A DNA stretch of 64,000 nucleotides, taken from contig JABCTC010000002.1 in NCBI GenBank assembly GCA_018238545.1, forward strand, positions 32,001 through 96,000, given 5' to 3'. Source of the stretch: Candidatus Heimdallarchaeota archaeon. Lineage in GTDB: Archaea; Asgardarchaeota; Heimdallarchaeia; Heimdallarchaeales; Heimdallarchaeaceae. Made by a program: the position numbers and the translations under genes. The notes under the pieces were generated by a model. That model did not search any database. It was not told the origin of the DNA and was given only the letters and a program-made list of their open reading frames with translations. Positions 49,293 to 60,626 of this stretch are shown one piece after another. Numbering within the stretch: the stretch's first letter is position 1; each line of letters starts with the position of its first letter.

Positions 49293-50351
49293 ATGAAAAT
49301 AGACAAAGAAAGCGTTATTCAAACACAAATAGAATTGAGCAATTTAATTGGCGTTCCAGGGCATGAAGAGGAAGTAGCTGAATATTTACTCATGAAACTT
49401 GAACATTTAAACGTTGACAAAGCTTGGATTGACCCTTTGGGGAATGTTTTAGCAATTAAAGAAGGTACCGACTCTAATGGTTTAAGAATATTATTGGATG
49501 CACATATTGACGAAGTAGGTTTTATGATAAGTCATATCGATGATAAGGGCTTTATCACCATTGAAACTCTAGGTGGGATTGATAAAAGATTGATGTTAGG
49601 AGCATTAATTCAGTTCAAGTCTGAGGGTCAACAAAGGATAATTGGAGTAGTTGGAGCGTCCCCTCCTCATATTACTAAGTCTGAGGATAGAGAAAAAGTA
49701 CCAGATATCAATCAAATGTTTGTGGATATTGGTTGTGATTCATATGATGAAGTTAGACAAAAAGATCTAGATATTGGATCAGTAGGTGCCTTCTATACGG
49801 AATGCAAAAAACTCAATGATGACACCTTATTAGGCAAAGCATTTGATGATAGAACTGCATGCAATGTAATCTTACACACACTAGAAAAACTGAAAGATGA
49901 ACCAATAAAAAATACAATCTTAGTTAATTTTGCTGTTCAGGAAGAAGTAGGTGGAAGAGGAGCTAGAGTCGGTGCTTATTCTTTAGAACCAAGCATAGCT
50001 CTAGCACTTGAAAATACCATAGCTAGTGATGTTCCTGGTGTCCCTCCACAGAAAATTATTACTACAATTGGTAATGGACCTGCAATAACAGCAGCTGATA
50101 GATCTCTAATAGTTCCAAAAAAAATACTGGATAGGATAAAGAAAGCTGCTGAAGAGCTAGGCATTAGTTGGCAATATAAAAAACCAATCTATGGTGGTAC
50201 TGATGCAGGAGTGATATCTGTAAGTAAATCAGGTATTCCATCAGGAGTTATTTCTGTACCATGCCGTTATATACATTCAAACGCGGGGTTACTAAAAGTG
50301 GAAGATATACTAAAGACCATTGAACTTGTTACAAAATTCCTGAAATTGTGA
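49293..50351 (+). CDS. M42 aminopeptidase (TET-like)
   Basis: AHIDEVG, KAFDDR, QEEVGGRGA, GGTDA, RYIHS. Confidence 0.93.
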   Translation: MKIDKESVIQTQIELSNLIGVPGHEEEVAEYLLMKLEHLNVDKAWIDPLGNVLAIKEGTDSNGLRILLDAHIDEVGFMISHIDDKGFITIETLGGIDKRLMLGALIQFKSEGQQRIIGVVGASPPHITKSEDREKVPDINQMFVDIGCDSYDEVRQKDLDIGSVGAFYTECKKLNDDTLLGKAFDDRTACNVILHTLEKLKDEPIKNTILVNFAVQEEVGGRGARVGAYSLEPSIALALENTIASDVPGVPPQKIITTIGNGPAITAADRSLIVPKKILDRIKKAAEELGISWQYKKPIYGGTDAGVISVSKSGIPSGVISVPCRYIHSNAGLLKVEDILKTIELVTKFLKL

Positions 50352-50357
50352 TTAAGT

Positions 50358-50939
50358 CTAATTTTCTTTATATTTTTCTTCAAATTCATCTTGTAGAATA
50401 TCCATTACTATCATATCATAGTACTTTCCTTGTACGAAAAACACTTCTCTTTTTCTTCCAACTTCTTTCCAACCAAGTTTTTTGTAAACATGAATGGCTC
50501 TTTCGTTGTAGTGAAAAACTCCAAGTTCTATTCTATGAAGGTTAAGCACCCGAAAACCGAATTTCATGAGGCAAATCGTGGCATCTGTTCCATATCCTTT
50601 ATCAAAATTTTCTGGATTATGGATGCCTATTCCAAGCGATGCTGTTCTGGAAGTCGCTTTAATTTCCTCTATACCGCAAGTTCCTATCAATTCACCTGTT
50701 TCTTTATGTTCAATAACAAATGTATAACCTATGCCTTTTTTGGTTCTTTCAATCGTACTGTTTATCCAATCCTCTTCCATTTTATAGGAGATTGGAATAA
50801 TAAAACCTAACCCAATTCTGGTTTGATAATTATTGAAATATTTCATTATGTCGTTTATATCTGTAACCTCTAGAGCTCTTAGTTTCACTTTGTCACCGAT
50901 AAATGGAGAACGAATATTATAAATATCTGACATTATCAA
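50358..50939 (-). CDS. GNAT N-acetyltransferase (RimJ/RimL family)
   Basis: KGYGTDA, LNLHRIELGV, NERAIHVYKKLG. Confidence 0.9.
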   Translation of the reverse strand: MIMSDIYNIRSPFIGDKVKLRALEVTDINDIMKYFNNYQTRIGLGFIIPISYKMEEDWINSTIERTKKGIGYTFVIEHKETGELIGTCGIEEIKATSRTASLGIGIHNPENFDKGYGTDATICLMKFGFRVLNLHRIELGVFHYNERAIHVYKKLGWKEVGRKREVFFVQGKYYDMIVMDILQDEFEEKYKEN

Positions 50940-51071
50940 CCCTTTTCATCTAATATCTTAAGAATATTTAGTTAAAGAAGAAACCATATTCTAATGTGAT
51001 TTAATAATATACGTAAACCACTGTTTATATATCTGAATTTTAGGTGTTAGTATATATAAGCAAAGAAAAGA

Positions 51072-54000
51072 GTGACAGGTATTAGTATGAGCTATATCAA
51101 CATTTTATTACAGAAAACGTTCAAAAGAAGAATAGGAAAAAATGTAGGAACTCTAGTAGCTATAGCTCTTGGTGTCTCCTTAATGGTGGGAGTCCAAATA
51201 ACAATAACAAGTTTTTCCACAACAGCTATAGATTTCTTTGTAGAGGCTATAGGTGAAAACGACATAATAATCAGCGGATTAGGATTTCCTATAACAGATT
51301 ATGAGTCTATTATTGAACAAATTGATGATTCGACGATTGAGTATGCAGCTATTAATGCACGTGTTACGCAAGATGTGGCAGCATACAATCTTGAATCAGG
51401 TATTTTAGAGAAAGGTGTGAGTTTTACGGGTGTTGAGTTAAACGAGGATCCTGTATTCGGGAAGTTTTATGATGAAGAGGGTAAAGAAATTAATAGAGTT
51501 CAATTAATGAATCTCTTCGAAAATGAATCTCATGTTCTTATTGGTTATAGTTTAAAAGATGAACTCAATGTAACTGTCGGATCTGACATAAAAATTCGGA
51601 TTGGCGAATTTGATGGATTCATATTTAATTATATCACCCATGATCTGAAAGTTGCAGGTTTTGTTAGTAATGAAGGGAAAGGGAAAGACTTTGGTGGATG
51701 GGCTATCTGGACAAGTATAGATAATATCAGATCACTTATTGGTTTTGCTCAAAATGACTGTACAGAAATAAACATCGCTCTAAGTTCAAATCATAAGAAA
51801 AATCCTATAGACAATGAGTATGCAATACAGATTGAAGAAGAACTTAAGATTCTACTGGATGCTGAAAATACAGGTTTGTTGATAATTGCATTTCGAGCTT
51901 TACTGCTGGATACTGCTGATGAAATAATATCTAATGTCTTGATTGCTTTTAACCTCTTTGGAGCTCTAATAGTCTTCTCAGGTGTTTTACTTCTTGTAAA
52001 TATTCAACTAATTCAAGTTGAAGATAGAATACAGCAGCTTGGAATCTTAAGAGCTATCGGTTCTAGACGAAGAGAAATTATCAGATTGTTTCTGGTCGAA
52101 TCAACTATATTAGGTGTTATTGGTTCATTTCTTGGTGTAGGAGGGGGATACATAATGTCCATTTTTCTTGTGAATAGAATAGGCAAAACATTCTTTGATA
52201 CCTCAATAGGATTACAACCCATAGTAACAGGAGGAGCGGTAATATATTCAATCGTCCTTGGATTGATACTGGCAGTAGGTGCAGGAATACTCCCAGCAAT
52301 ACGCGCTGCTAGAGTTGATGTAATAGAGGTAATAAGAGGCATAAAGAAAACAACAAGAAAAAGGTCAGGCAATTTCATAATGGGATTAGGGTTTGCATTC
52401 GTAATGGCAGGTATAGCTATTTTCGCAGCCCAAATGATTGTTTATGATTCTTTGTTTACCACGTCTGGATGGGACACAGCTGTAGAACAATGGATGTTTA
52501 TGGGTGGATCAGTTGGATTATTTGTAGGTATAAGTCTCTTGCTGGGATATGTAATTTCTAAAAAGGTTATGGGAAATGGGATTGGGTTGGCATTTATTGG
52601 AACTTCAGTATTAATGCTCATATTCTCCTTACCACAATTAAAAGATGCAGCTGAAAATAGCAAAATTTTAGCTACCTTGGCAGTTGTATTAGCTCTAGGG
52701 TCTATTATCTGGGTAGGAGTTAACCTAAGAACTGTTACTAATTTCATTAGAGGTGTAATGTATAAAACGAAATTAAAGAAAGGGGTTTCTCTAATTGCGA
52801 GTAAGTACATGACCTCAAAATCAATGAGAAGTACACTTACTTTTGGTATTTTTGCACTTGTTCTCACCATGAATATCTTTGCTGGGATCTATCAATCTAC
52901 TTATTCTTATAACACTCTTGAATCAGTTGAATTTTTGAGCGGTGGCGCGTCAATATTCTTAGAGTTAGACACTCCAATTTCCAATGATAGTCTTGTTAAC
53001 GTTGAGCAAGATCTTTATGCTGTTGATGAGGCAATAACTAATGTAAAAGGTATAAATTCTACGATAGCATTTATTCAGGTTGATCCGGAGGTAAGTGACT
53101 TGCACATTCCGGCGGATATATTTCCAACTTACGTAAACATGATCTTTAATGACACATTAAAGGATGGAGATGAATACGTATTTGATTTTATGTTTGATCT
53201 CTCATTGCCGTTTTTCTTTGATGATTACAAGCCTGCAGCTGCAGAAGAGTATCAGAGACAATACAGTCACAATATATGGGATTTCTTCTATAATAGGACT
53301 AAATTTAGTGTTGATGGTTCTTCAATAGATAATGAAAATGGTTTGCTTACCGTAATCTCTACAAGTCCTATGCTAGCGGCAGGGGACAGGTTTAACCTCA
53401 CTGGTTTATTTACAAATCCAACTGAAGTAATTGTTATCGCAACTGTAAGACAATACCCATTCAGCCAATCTAGAGGGCTGCCTGCTCTATTGATAACTCC
53501 GGATTTTCTAGGAAAATTAAGTTACAATTTTGCTTTATTCCCAAAACATACAAGGTTTTTAATTAGTACTTCTGAGGATTTTAGAGAAGGAGAAAATACG
53601 AGAATAGCAACGAAAATCGAGGGATTCTTTAACAGCAATACTTCTGTCCTGGTCCAAAACGAGGATTTTGTAGCAGCATCTGCATATAATGTATGGGATG
53701 TGATGTTAGAACTAGTTGACTTTCAAGTTAGAACCTTTGACTTCCTCCAATACTTTGTAGGTTTTGGGTTAATTGTTGGAGCTCTTGGAATGATAATTAT
53801 TGCAGTAAGAAATGTTTCAGAAAGAAGAAGAGAAATTGGGATGATGAGAGCGATAGGATATAAGAAAAGACAAATAATTGCTTCAATAATGATAGAGCTC
53901 CTCATTCTAGCTTTTCTGGGACTTATAATTGGCTTTCTAAATAGTGTTATTCTAGGATTGTCCTTTGCGATTGTGTACGATTGGTTACTAATAATACCTG

Positions 54001-54119
54001 CAACGAGAGTATTACTTTATACAGGAATAATGATAGGAATAGCGATTGTAGCTTCAATTTTACCTGGAATAAGAGCAAGTCAAATAACTCCAGCTGAAGC
54101 AATAAGATATGTAGGGTGA
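51072..54119 (+). CDS. Type VII (MacB/LolCE/FtsX-like) ABC permease with two tandem halves
   Basis: Two repeats of VxxRxxE/QLGxxRAIG and PxxRAxxxxxxExIR with large extracellular domains. Confidence 0.9.
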   Translation: MTGISMSYINILLQKTFKRRIGKNVGTLVAIALGVSLMVGVQITITSFSTTAIDFFVEAIGENDIIISGLGFPITDYESIIEQIDDSTIEYAAINARVTQDVAAYNLESGILEKGVSFTGVELNEDPVFGKFYDEEGKEINRVQLMNLFENESHVLIGYSLKDELNVTVGSDIKIRIGEFDGFIFNYITHDLKVAGFVSNEGKGKDFGGWAIWTSIDNIRSLIGFAQNDCTEINIALSSNHKKNPIDNEYAIQIEEELKILLDAENTGLLIIAFRALLLDTADEIISNVLIAFNLFGALIVFSGVLLLVNIQLIQVEDRIQQLGILRAIGSRRREIIRLFLVESTILGVIGSFLGVGGGYIMSIFLVNRIGKTFFDTSIGLQPIVTGGAVIYSIVLGLILAVGAGILPAIRAARVDVIEVIRGIKKTTRKRSGNFIMGLGFAFVMAGIAIFAAQMIVYDSLFTTSGWDTAVEQWMFMGGSVGLFVGISLLLGYVISKKVMGNGIGLAFIGTSVLMLIFSLPQLKDAAENSKILATLAVVLALGSIIWVGVNLRTVTNFIRGVMYKTKLKKGVSLIASKYMTSKSMRSTLTFGIFALVLTMNIFAGIYQSTYSYNTLESVEFLSGGASIFLELDTPISNDSLVNVEQDLYAVDEAITNVKGINSTIAFIQVDPEVSDLHIPADIFPTYVNMIFNDTLKDGDEYVFDFMFDLSLPFFFDDYKPAAAEEYQRQYSHNIWDFFYNRTKFSVDGSSIDNENGLLTVISTSPMLAAGDRFNLTGLFTNPTEVIVIATVRQYPFSQSRGLPALLITPDFLGKLSYNFALFPKHTRFLISTSEDFREGENTRIATKIEGFFNSNTSVLVQNEDFVAASAYNVWDVMLELVDFQVRTFDFLQYFVGFGLIVGALGMIIIAVRNVSERRREIGMMRAIGYKKRQIIASIMIELLILAFLGLIIGFLNSVILGLSFAIVYDWLLIIPATRVLLYTGIMIGIAIVASILPGIRASQITPAEAIRYVG

Positions 54120-54123
54120 TAAG

Positions 54124-54825
54124 ATGGAAGATGAAATTATACTCAAAACAGAAAACCTGCATAAAATATATGCTGAAGACACTTCTATGGAAGTACATGC
54201 TTTACGAGGAGTAAATATTGAGATTAAAAAAGGTGAGATGGTTGCGTTTATGGGTCCGTCAGGATGTGGTAAAACTACTCTCTTAAACCTTCTAGGTGGT
54301 ATTGATAAACCGACACGCGGTCAAATTTTCATCAATGGTCAAGACATTAATGAATTATTGGATACTGAGATAACAGATTTCAGATTACACAATATCGGTT
54401 ACATCTTCCAACTATTCAATCTCTTCGAATTCTTATCTGCACTTGAAAACACAGTGTTACCTCTGCTTCTAACTGATACAACTAAATTGGAGGCTGAAGA
54501 AGAGGCTAAGATGCTTTTGCGACAAATGGGATTAGGTGATAAAATTTATCATCTTCCCAATGAATTATCAGGTGGAGAGCAACAAAGAGTCGCTGTTTCC
54601 AGAGCTCTTCTGATGAACCCATCTATAATCTTAGGGGATGAACCTACAGGGGATTTGGATCAAGAAACATCATCGGATATTATGAACCTCTTTGTTTCCA
54701 TAAATGAAAACTATAAACAAACATTTCTCATAGTTACACATTCTGAACATATTGCCCAATTCTGTCATAGAACCATAAGGATAATTGATGGTGAAATAGT
54801 GGAATCTGGAAAGGAGGGATTATAA
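54124..54825 (+). CDS. ABC ATPase (LolD/MacB type)
   Basis: [27 protein letters not shown]. Confidence 0.95.
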   Translation: MEDEIILKTENLHKIYAEDTSMEVHALRGVNIEIKKGEMVAFMGPSGCGKTTLLNLLGGIDKPTRGQIFINGQDINELLDTEITDFRLHNIGYIFQLFNLFEFLSALENTVLPLLLTDTTKLEAEEEAKMLLRQMGLGDKIYHLPNELSGGEQQRVAVSRALLMNPSIILGDEPTGDLDQETSSDIMNLFVSINENYKQTFLIVTHSEHIAQFCHRTIRIIDGEIVESGKEGL

Positions 54826-56687
54826 TGCTAAATGAACAAATAGAGAAATATAGCACTCAAGAATTAAATGTTGAACTAACTCTAGGTATTCTTATCAACA
54901 AACTAAATAGAGATTCTCTAGATGTTTTAATAAGAAAACTAAGAACATATATCCTTCGTAAACTACGTGCAAAATCATTTGAAATTCTTGAAGTTAATAC
55001 CTTTCTTTTCTTCAGTTGTAGTTTCCCATTATCAAAGGTAGAACAACAAGACCAGAGAAAATATGTGGTAAATAAAGTAGAAACAATAGTTCAAAATTAT
55101 TGCAACAATGAATGTGATATATATTCCAAAACCATACAGAAAAACGTAGAAATTAAAGATATTACAAAAATGATAGTGCAGCTAGTTAAAAGCTCAAAAA
55201 CTCTGGAGAGAGCGGCTCTAATTAGACATATTGAGAACCAAGCAGATGACATAGATTTTAGAGTTGTTGGGCACGTTAGTGATGTTCTGTTAAACAGCTT
55301 TATTGCAATCTGGGATTTCCCTCAAGGTTATGAAGATATTATTATGTTCCCTGATTTGATTCTTAAACGAGAGATATCAGATAAGAAAAGTAATTTACCA
55401 CTTAAATTGATAGCTGGAAACCTTCTGATTATGCAATTTGGTAAAATCTGTTCACTCAACTTAAATTCCATCTTAGCATCAAATGAAGAAGCATTAATGT
55501 CACTAGACTTGGTTCTACAAGATTCAAAGAGAGTTCAAGAAATTGAAAATCAGATGAGTGATAAATTATGGAGAGTTCTTAGAGTAATTTTTGGTTTACT
55601 CTCTTCTACTCAACAAGCTATTTCTATACTATTAAAACAACTAAAACGAATATCAGAAGTAAGAGACGAGCTGGTTGAAGATGTTAAGCAATTAGATTAT
55701 GGACCTTTAATGGATTATATTATGTTCATAGATACAACAATGAATTGTGCAGAAAACATTTTGAGATTGAATAATCTCCAAGATAATGTCAAGCGAAACT
55801 ATCAATCCTTGCTGAAAATCATTAATAAATTCAAGGATGTTCAAAACAAAGAAATAGATGATATCCATGACCTGGCTCAAATTTTTATCCAAACGCTTAC
55901 CGAAATTCAGTTGATGAAATTCTTCTCTGACAAATTTAGGGATCTTGCTTATTTCCAAAACGTTCCTACAGAAGTAGCTCTAGAAAAAATAGATGCTATA
56001 TCAATTGAGAAAGATGAAATTCTAAAAGGTGTATCTCTGTTCAAGACATATATTCTAAAGAATTCAACAGTTTACGCACTACGTGGAGTTGATATAGAAA
56101 TTAGAAAGGGAGAAATGGTAGCGATCGTAGGAGCATCAGGAAGTGGAAAAACTACTCTCTTAAATCTACTTTCAGGATTAGATACACCAAATCGAGGTGC
56201 AGCATTTCTGTTAGGAAAAAACATTGATACCATGACAGATGCAGAAGTTTCAATGTTCAGAAGAAGAAACATGGGTTTTATTTTCCAATACTATAATTTA
56301 ATACCTCAGTTGACAGTGCTTGAAAATGTTATGCTTCCTGCTTTGATGATTAATCGCCCGAAGAAAGAAGCAAAGGAAAGAGCACTTGAGCTAATAAAGG
56401 AAGTGGGATTAGAAAGGTTTCAAAATCAGTTTCCAATTAAGCTTTCTGGGGGACAGATGCAACGAGTCACAATTGCTAGGGCAATGATAAATGATCCTGC
56501 AGTAATTTTTGCCGATGAGCCAACAGGAGACCTTGATTCTCAAACAGGAAAAGTTGTTATTGATTTAATCAGAAGATTTTCAAAAGAGAAAAACACTGCA
56601 GTAATCATAGTGACGCATGATATTGCAATGGCTAAAACATGTGATCGCATGATTCAAATAGGCGATGGAAAAGTTATTTCAGACTAG
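54825..56687 (+). CDS. ABC ATPase (LolD type) fused to a ~395-aa unknown N-terminal domain
   Basis: C-terminal [28 protein letters not shown]; long uninterrupted soluble N-terminal region. Confidence 0.85.
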   Translation: MLNEQIEKYSTQELNVELTLGILINKLNRDSLDVLIRKLRTYILRKLRAKSFEILEVNTFLFFSCSFPLSKVEQQDQRKYVVNKVETIVQNYCNNECDIYSKTIQKNVEIKDITKMIVQLVKSSKTLERAALIRHIENQADDIDFRVVGHVSDVLLNSFIAIWDFPQGYEDIIMFPDLILKREISDKKSNLPLKLIAGNLLIMQFGKICSLNLNSILASNEEALMSLDLVLQDSKRVQEIENQMSDKLWRVLRVIFGLLSSTQQAISILLKQLKRISEVRDELVEDVKQLDYGPLMDYIMFIDTTMNCAENILRLNNLQDNVKRNYQSLLKIINKFKDVQNKEIDDIHDLAQIFIQTLTEIQLMKFFSDKFRDLAYFQNVPTEVALEKIDAISIEKDEILKGVSLFKTYILKNSTVYALRGVDIEIRKGEMVAIVGASGSGKTTLLNLLSGLDTPNRGAAFLLGKNIDTMTDAEVSMFRRRNMGFIFQYYNLIPQLTVLENVMLPALMINRPKKEAKERALELIKEVGLERFQNQFPIKLSGGQMQRVTIARAMINDPAVIFADEPTGDLDSQTGKVVIDLIRRFSKEKNTAVIIVTHDIAMAKTCDRMIQIGDGKVISD

Positions 56688-58066
56688 AGATTTATTCTCT
56701 CAATCTTCTTTATTTTCTTTACCCATCTCTCAAACTTTTTCGGTGTTGTAGGATATTTGTTAGAAATCTTCTTAATTTTCTCTGCAATCATTAAACCTCT
56801 AGCAAGCTTGAACAGAAGTTTCGGTTTACGCATTCCTTTCACTAATTTTTGGAATATGGGTAATTTGACTGAAGTTGAACCCATAATTGCATCAACATCA
56901 CTTTGGGAAATGATTTCTTTTTCAAACAGATAGGAAAAATCACTAAAAGGAACAGCATTTAGTAATTTATGAACTGCGATACCTAGCCCTCCGTCGTAAC
57001 CGTAAACATTCCAAATTGTCACATTGTAATCCCACAGTTCTTCTTCACTGTAATTCTCATGTCTTATTGCTAATTCTATTTTTTCAGCTGCATAGAACCC
57101 GCTAAGTAGAGCTGGACCATGCCCTTCTCCGCTAATAGGGTTGACTAGCGTTGCTGCATCTCCACAAGTAATGAAACCATCTGCTACCATGGAGTAAAGA
57201 GGTAATCTTCCTGGAAGTGTGTCACCTGCAGCGTCTATTACCTTGACGTCAGGGAAGAATTTATTCCTCAATTCTTCAAGTACTTTTTTAGCATTGAAAT
57301 CTTTGTTTGAATCGTTAATTAGCCAACCAACACCAATGTTCAATAATCTCTCACCTCTTGAAAAGATCCAGAAATATCCTGGAGGTGGAAGCTCATCATG
57401 GGTCTCAATTCTCATTTGTTTTTGAAATTCATGGGGTTTAGGTGTTTCGATAATCTCTCTAAAGGAAACGATGATTTCTTTTTTAGGTAGTTTCTTTTGG
57501 AACTTGTCACATACTCTATCTGGAATATTTCTCCTAACAATTCCAGTCACTCCTGAACAGTCAGCAACAATCTTCGCATAGATGTTAATTTTATCACCAT
57601 TTTCTGTTCTTACTTTGCACCCGACAATTTTGTTATTCTTGATTATAGTACCAATAACTTTGTGTTTTGGCTTAAATTCAATCCCAGGAAAATCTACTAA
57701 ACTATCAAGAAGGCGTTGCCCGTATTTCAATCTATCAATAGTTTGAGAAACAAAAGGAATCCATAATTCAAAATCAGGAACAGGTTTGAAATGAGCTGAT
57801 TCTAAGTCTTCTCCAATTTCATCTCCCTTTGGTTGCTGGATTCCAGATAATTCAAATAATTTTCTTGTACTGTTAGGACTCAAAGCATCCCCACAAGGCT
57901 TATAACCGACATCTGCACGTTTTTTTTGATCTAACACGATACAAGGAATGTCTCGTTTTCCAAGATTTATAGCCAAACTTACGCCTGCTGGACCTGCACC
58001 AACAATCAGTACATCTGTTTCCAAATCAAGATTTAACATTATGAATACCATCAAAATAAACAGCAT
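56684..58066 (-). CDS. Geranylgeranyl reductase family flavoprotein
   Basis: VGAGPAG, KPCGD, PPGYFWIF, CGDAA, NPISGEG. Confidence 0.9.
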   Translation of the reverse strand: MLFILMVFIMLNLDLETDVLIVGAGPAGVSLAINLGKRDIPCIVLDQKKRADVGYKPCGDALSPNSTRKLFELSGIQQPKGDEIGEDLESAHFKPVPDFELWIPFVSQTIDRLKYGQRLLDSLVDFPGIEFKPKHKVIGTIIKNNKIVGCKVRTENGDKINIYAKIVADCSGVTGIVRRNIPDRVCDKFQKKLPKKEIIVSFREIIETPKPHEFQKQMRIETHDELPPPGYFWIFSRGERLLNIGVGWLINDSNKDFNAKKVLEELRNKFFPDVKVIDAAGDTLPGRLPLYSMVADGFITCGDAATLVNPISGEGHGPALLSGFYAAEKIELAIRHENYSEEELWDYNVTIWNVYGYDGGLGIAVHKLLNAVPFSDFSYLFEKEIISQSDVDAIMGSTSVKLPIFQKLVKGMRKPKLLFKLARGLMIAEKIKKISNKYPTTPKKFERWVKKIKKIERINL

Positions 58067-58133
58067 AATAAGTTTTTCACTTAGAAGGAAATACTCTATC
58101 CTTAAATATAGTATATTTTCATAATCAATAACA

Positions 58134-58595
58134 ATGACAATTTTAAAAATTGATTTTTATTTAGAAATGATTAACAAATCTCACGAAGCTTTTCGAGAAT
58201 TCTTATCTCATTTACCTGAAGATATTCTAGATTGGAGGGTGCATGAGTTTACACCAACTGTTCGTGAACAAATTACCCATATTATCCAAGATCAGATGTG
58301 GATAGTTAACTATATACTAGAAAAAAAAGAAGAAAAATACACTATTCCAGAAAATATTTCCAAGCTTCTTATAGAAGAAATAATCTCTGTTTACGATGAT
58401 TTTGTTTCAATTGCAGCAGAAAAACTCAGTAAAGTGAAGGACTCAAATTTAGCTGATGAAAGAAATTATAAGGAATATTCTCTGAACGTAGAAGACTGGT
58501 TATTTGAATATGTACATCATTTGAATAAGCATTGTGGCGAGATAAACATTGCCCATATTGCTTGGAAAAGAAAGGAAAGATCATCAAGTTCTTAG
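58134..58595 (+). CDS. DinB-family protein
   Basis: LDWR...TVREQITHI...HHLNKHCGEI four-helix His motif. Confidence 0.8.
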   Translation: MTILKIDFYLEMINKSHEAFREFLSHLPEDILDWRVHEFTPTVREQITHIIQDQMWIVNYILEKKEEKYTIPENISKLLIEEIISVYDDFVSIAAEKLSKVKDSNLADERNYKEYSLNVEDWLFEYVHHLNKHCGEINIAHIAWKRKERSSSS

Positions 58596-58600
58596 TTGCT

Positions 58601-59494
58601 TCATGATTTGCCTTCTAATGATTCTTCAGGTGTAAAAGGCTCTAAATGTATGATTAATTCTCTGAAAATCCCCTCATTTTCTAAATTTTGTTTGACTTTT
58701 TCTGAAACTTCATGAGCTTCAAAAATAGTCATTTGTGGGTCAACTAGTATATGAAAATCACCTGTATAATAGCCTAATATTGTTCTTAGTCTAACGATGT
58801 GAACTTCTTTTACATCGGGATGAGAAAGTGCAATCTCTGTTAATTTATCTAATACTTCTTGTGGTGCTCCTCTATCAAGTAAGTCTGGAATTGATACTTT
58901 AGCTATCTCAAAACCAGTAAAAATTATCAACCCTACAATTATGAAGGCACAAATAGGATCCAACCACCAGACATTGAAGTAAGAACCTACAACGGCTATA
59001 AGTACAAAAATTGACGAAAAAGCATCAGTCCTATAATTTTTGGCATTAGCGATTATGACAACTGAGTTTATTTTTTTCCCTATTTTGAATAAACTAATTG
59101 ACATAGCTGTCTTCCCAACAAATGAAATAACAGCTGCGATTATTATTAGATAGAGATAATCAACTGGGAGAAGTGTGTGGTTAACTAATCTTTCAATCGA
59201 TTCACTCGCTATGAAATACGATGAAATGAACAAAGTTAGAGCAATAGCTATACTAAAAACCAATTGAAATTTATGATGTCCAAAAGGATGGGAAGAATCA
59301 GCTGGTTTCTTGCTGACTTTCTCGCCAACACCGGCAAATGCTGCAGTTATCAGATCTAATATAGAATCAAATCCATCTGCAATCAAGCTTATAGATCCTG
59401 TAAAAAAACCAATTATTAGCTTCAATGCAACTAGAAGACTGTTTACTCCTACTGAAAGAATGTTTGCAATAGTTGCTGAGCTAAAGGATACCAT
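58601..59494 (-). CDS. Cation diffusion facilitator transporter
   Basis: SLIADGFDS, PADSSHPFGH, NYRTD, LDP, IHLEP. Confidence 0.93.
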   Translation of the reverse strand: MVSFSSATIANILSVGVNSLLVALKLIIGFFTGSISLIADGFDSILDLITAAFAGVGEKVSKKPADSSHPFGHHKFQLVFSIAIALTLFISSYFIASESIERLVNHTLLPVDYLYLIIIAAVISFVGKTAMSISLFKIGKKINSVVIIANAKNYRTDAFSSIFVLIAVVGSYFNVWWLDPICAFIIVGLIIFTGFEIAKVSIPDLLDRGAPQEVLDKLTEIALSHPDVKEVHIVRLRTILGYYTGDFHILVDPQMTIFEAHEVSEKVKQNLENEGIFRELIIHLEPFTPEESLEGKS

Positions 59495-59633
59495 TAACCA
59501 ATCTTCTTCTTTTATACCAATAAAGTTTATGTTACATGAATTTAAGGGGCTTGAAACGCACTCTAATAAGGTTAAATTTTACGTTGCATCCAATAATATA
59601 TCATATTTCATGTACATAGTTTAAAAAAAGAAA

Positions 59634-60599
59634 GTGTTAATTATGGAGGTATATGGAAAAAATTTAATCTTAGTTTTCCGGAAAAGAATGTATACCTTCT
59701 GGTCCTTTATACGGCATAATGTGTATCTAATAGGATACTGGATTGCTAAAATAAGTGGGGTTGTGTTGTTGTGTTTAATCTACAGGTGGCAGAGAGAAAT
59801 CAAAATTAGAAATCTGTTAAAGAAAAATCAAATAGAACATCCACTGAAAATTAGAATAAAACAGGACAAACATAGGAGACAAAATGATTTCGATGGTCTT
59901 TTCCTTTCAAGATTTTCCTGTCAGAAAGATGTTAAGTTGAATAATTTTGGCTTATTCATAATTCCTAGAAAAGGTGAAAGAGCTGAAATTGTTCTACTGC
60001 GTTATTCAGCTGTAGTAAAAGATTTGGGCTGTGATGTGTTTGTTTATAATAAACCTTCACGAGGAAATCTAAAATCCAAAAATAGGTTTTTAGAGTTAAA
60101 GAAACTTGTTGAATGTTATGAATATTATCAACTTAAAATTGGATTATTGGAGAAAGAAAGAATTTTCATTTTGACTGAGTCCAAAGGAAGGCAATTAGCA
60201 TTATCACTCTCAACTCAAGTAGAATCAAAAGGAATAATTCTTGATTTTACTAGAAAACGAAAACCTCCAAAGCAATGGCAAGGTTTGATGGGAAGAGTTA
60301 AATTTTTATCTCTAGTGAATTTAGTAACATCGATTATTGAGAAAGTAAAAACTTTATCAAAAACAGAAACTCGTACTGTTGAACTTCATACTCAACTGAT
60401 CATGATATCTAGAAAAGATAGAAAAGATAGATTGCTAGGATATTTGGAATACAAATTTGGCAATCTTAAGGAAGAATTGGTTAAACTTGCAATAGGGATT
60501 AAGGAAGTAGAGTTCACTCAAGAATTTAGAGAAACTATATTGCTAGTTTCACGTGATGGAAAGAGCAAAATTGAAGAAAAAAACAGAAATTATAATTGA
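59634..60599 (+). CDS. Hypothetical protein, degenerate alpha/beta-hydrolase-like with N-terminal TM
   Basis: LGCDVFVYNKPSRG...RIFILTESKGRQLALSL...KGIILD parallels the ABHD-type core. Confidence 0.5.
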   Translation: MLIMEVYGKNLILVFRKRMYTFWSFIRHNVYLIGYWIAKISGVVLLCLIYRWQREIKIRNLLKKNQIEHPLKIRIKQDKHRRQNDFDGLFLSRFSCQKDVKLNNFGLFIIPRKGERAEIVLLRYSAVVKDLGCDVFVYNKPSRGNLKSKNRFLELKKLVECYEYYQLKIGLLEKERIFILTESKGRQLALSLSTQVESKGIILDFTRKRKPPKQWQGLMGRVKFLSLVNLVTSIIEKVKTLSKTETRTVELHTQLIMISRKDRKDRLLGYLEYKFGNLKEELVKLAIGIKEVEFTQEFRETILLVSRDGKSKIEEKNRNYN

Positions 60600-60626
60600 T
60601 GTAATTTAGTAAAAAAAGAGGATAAA

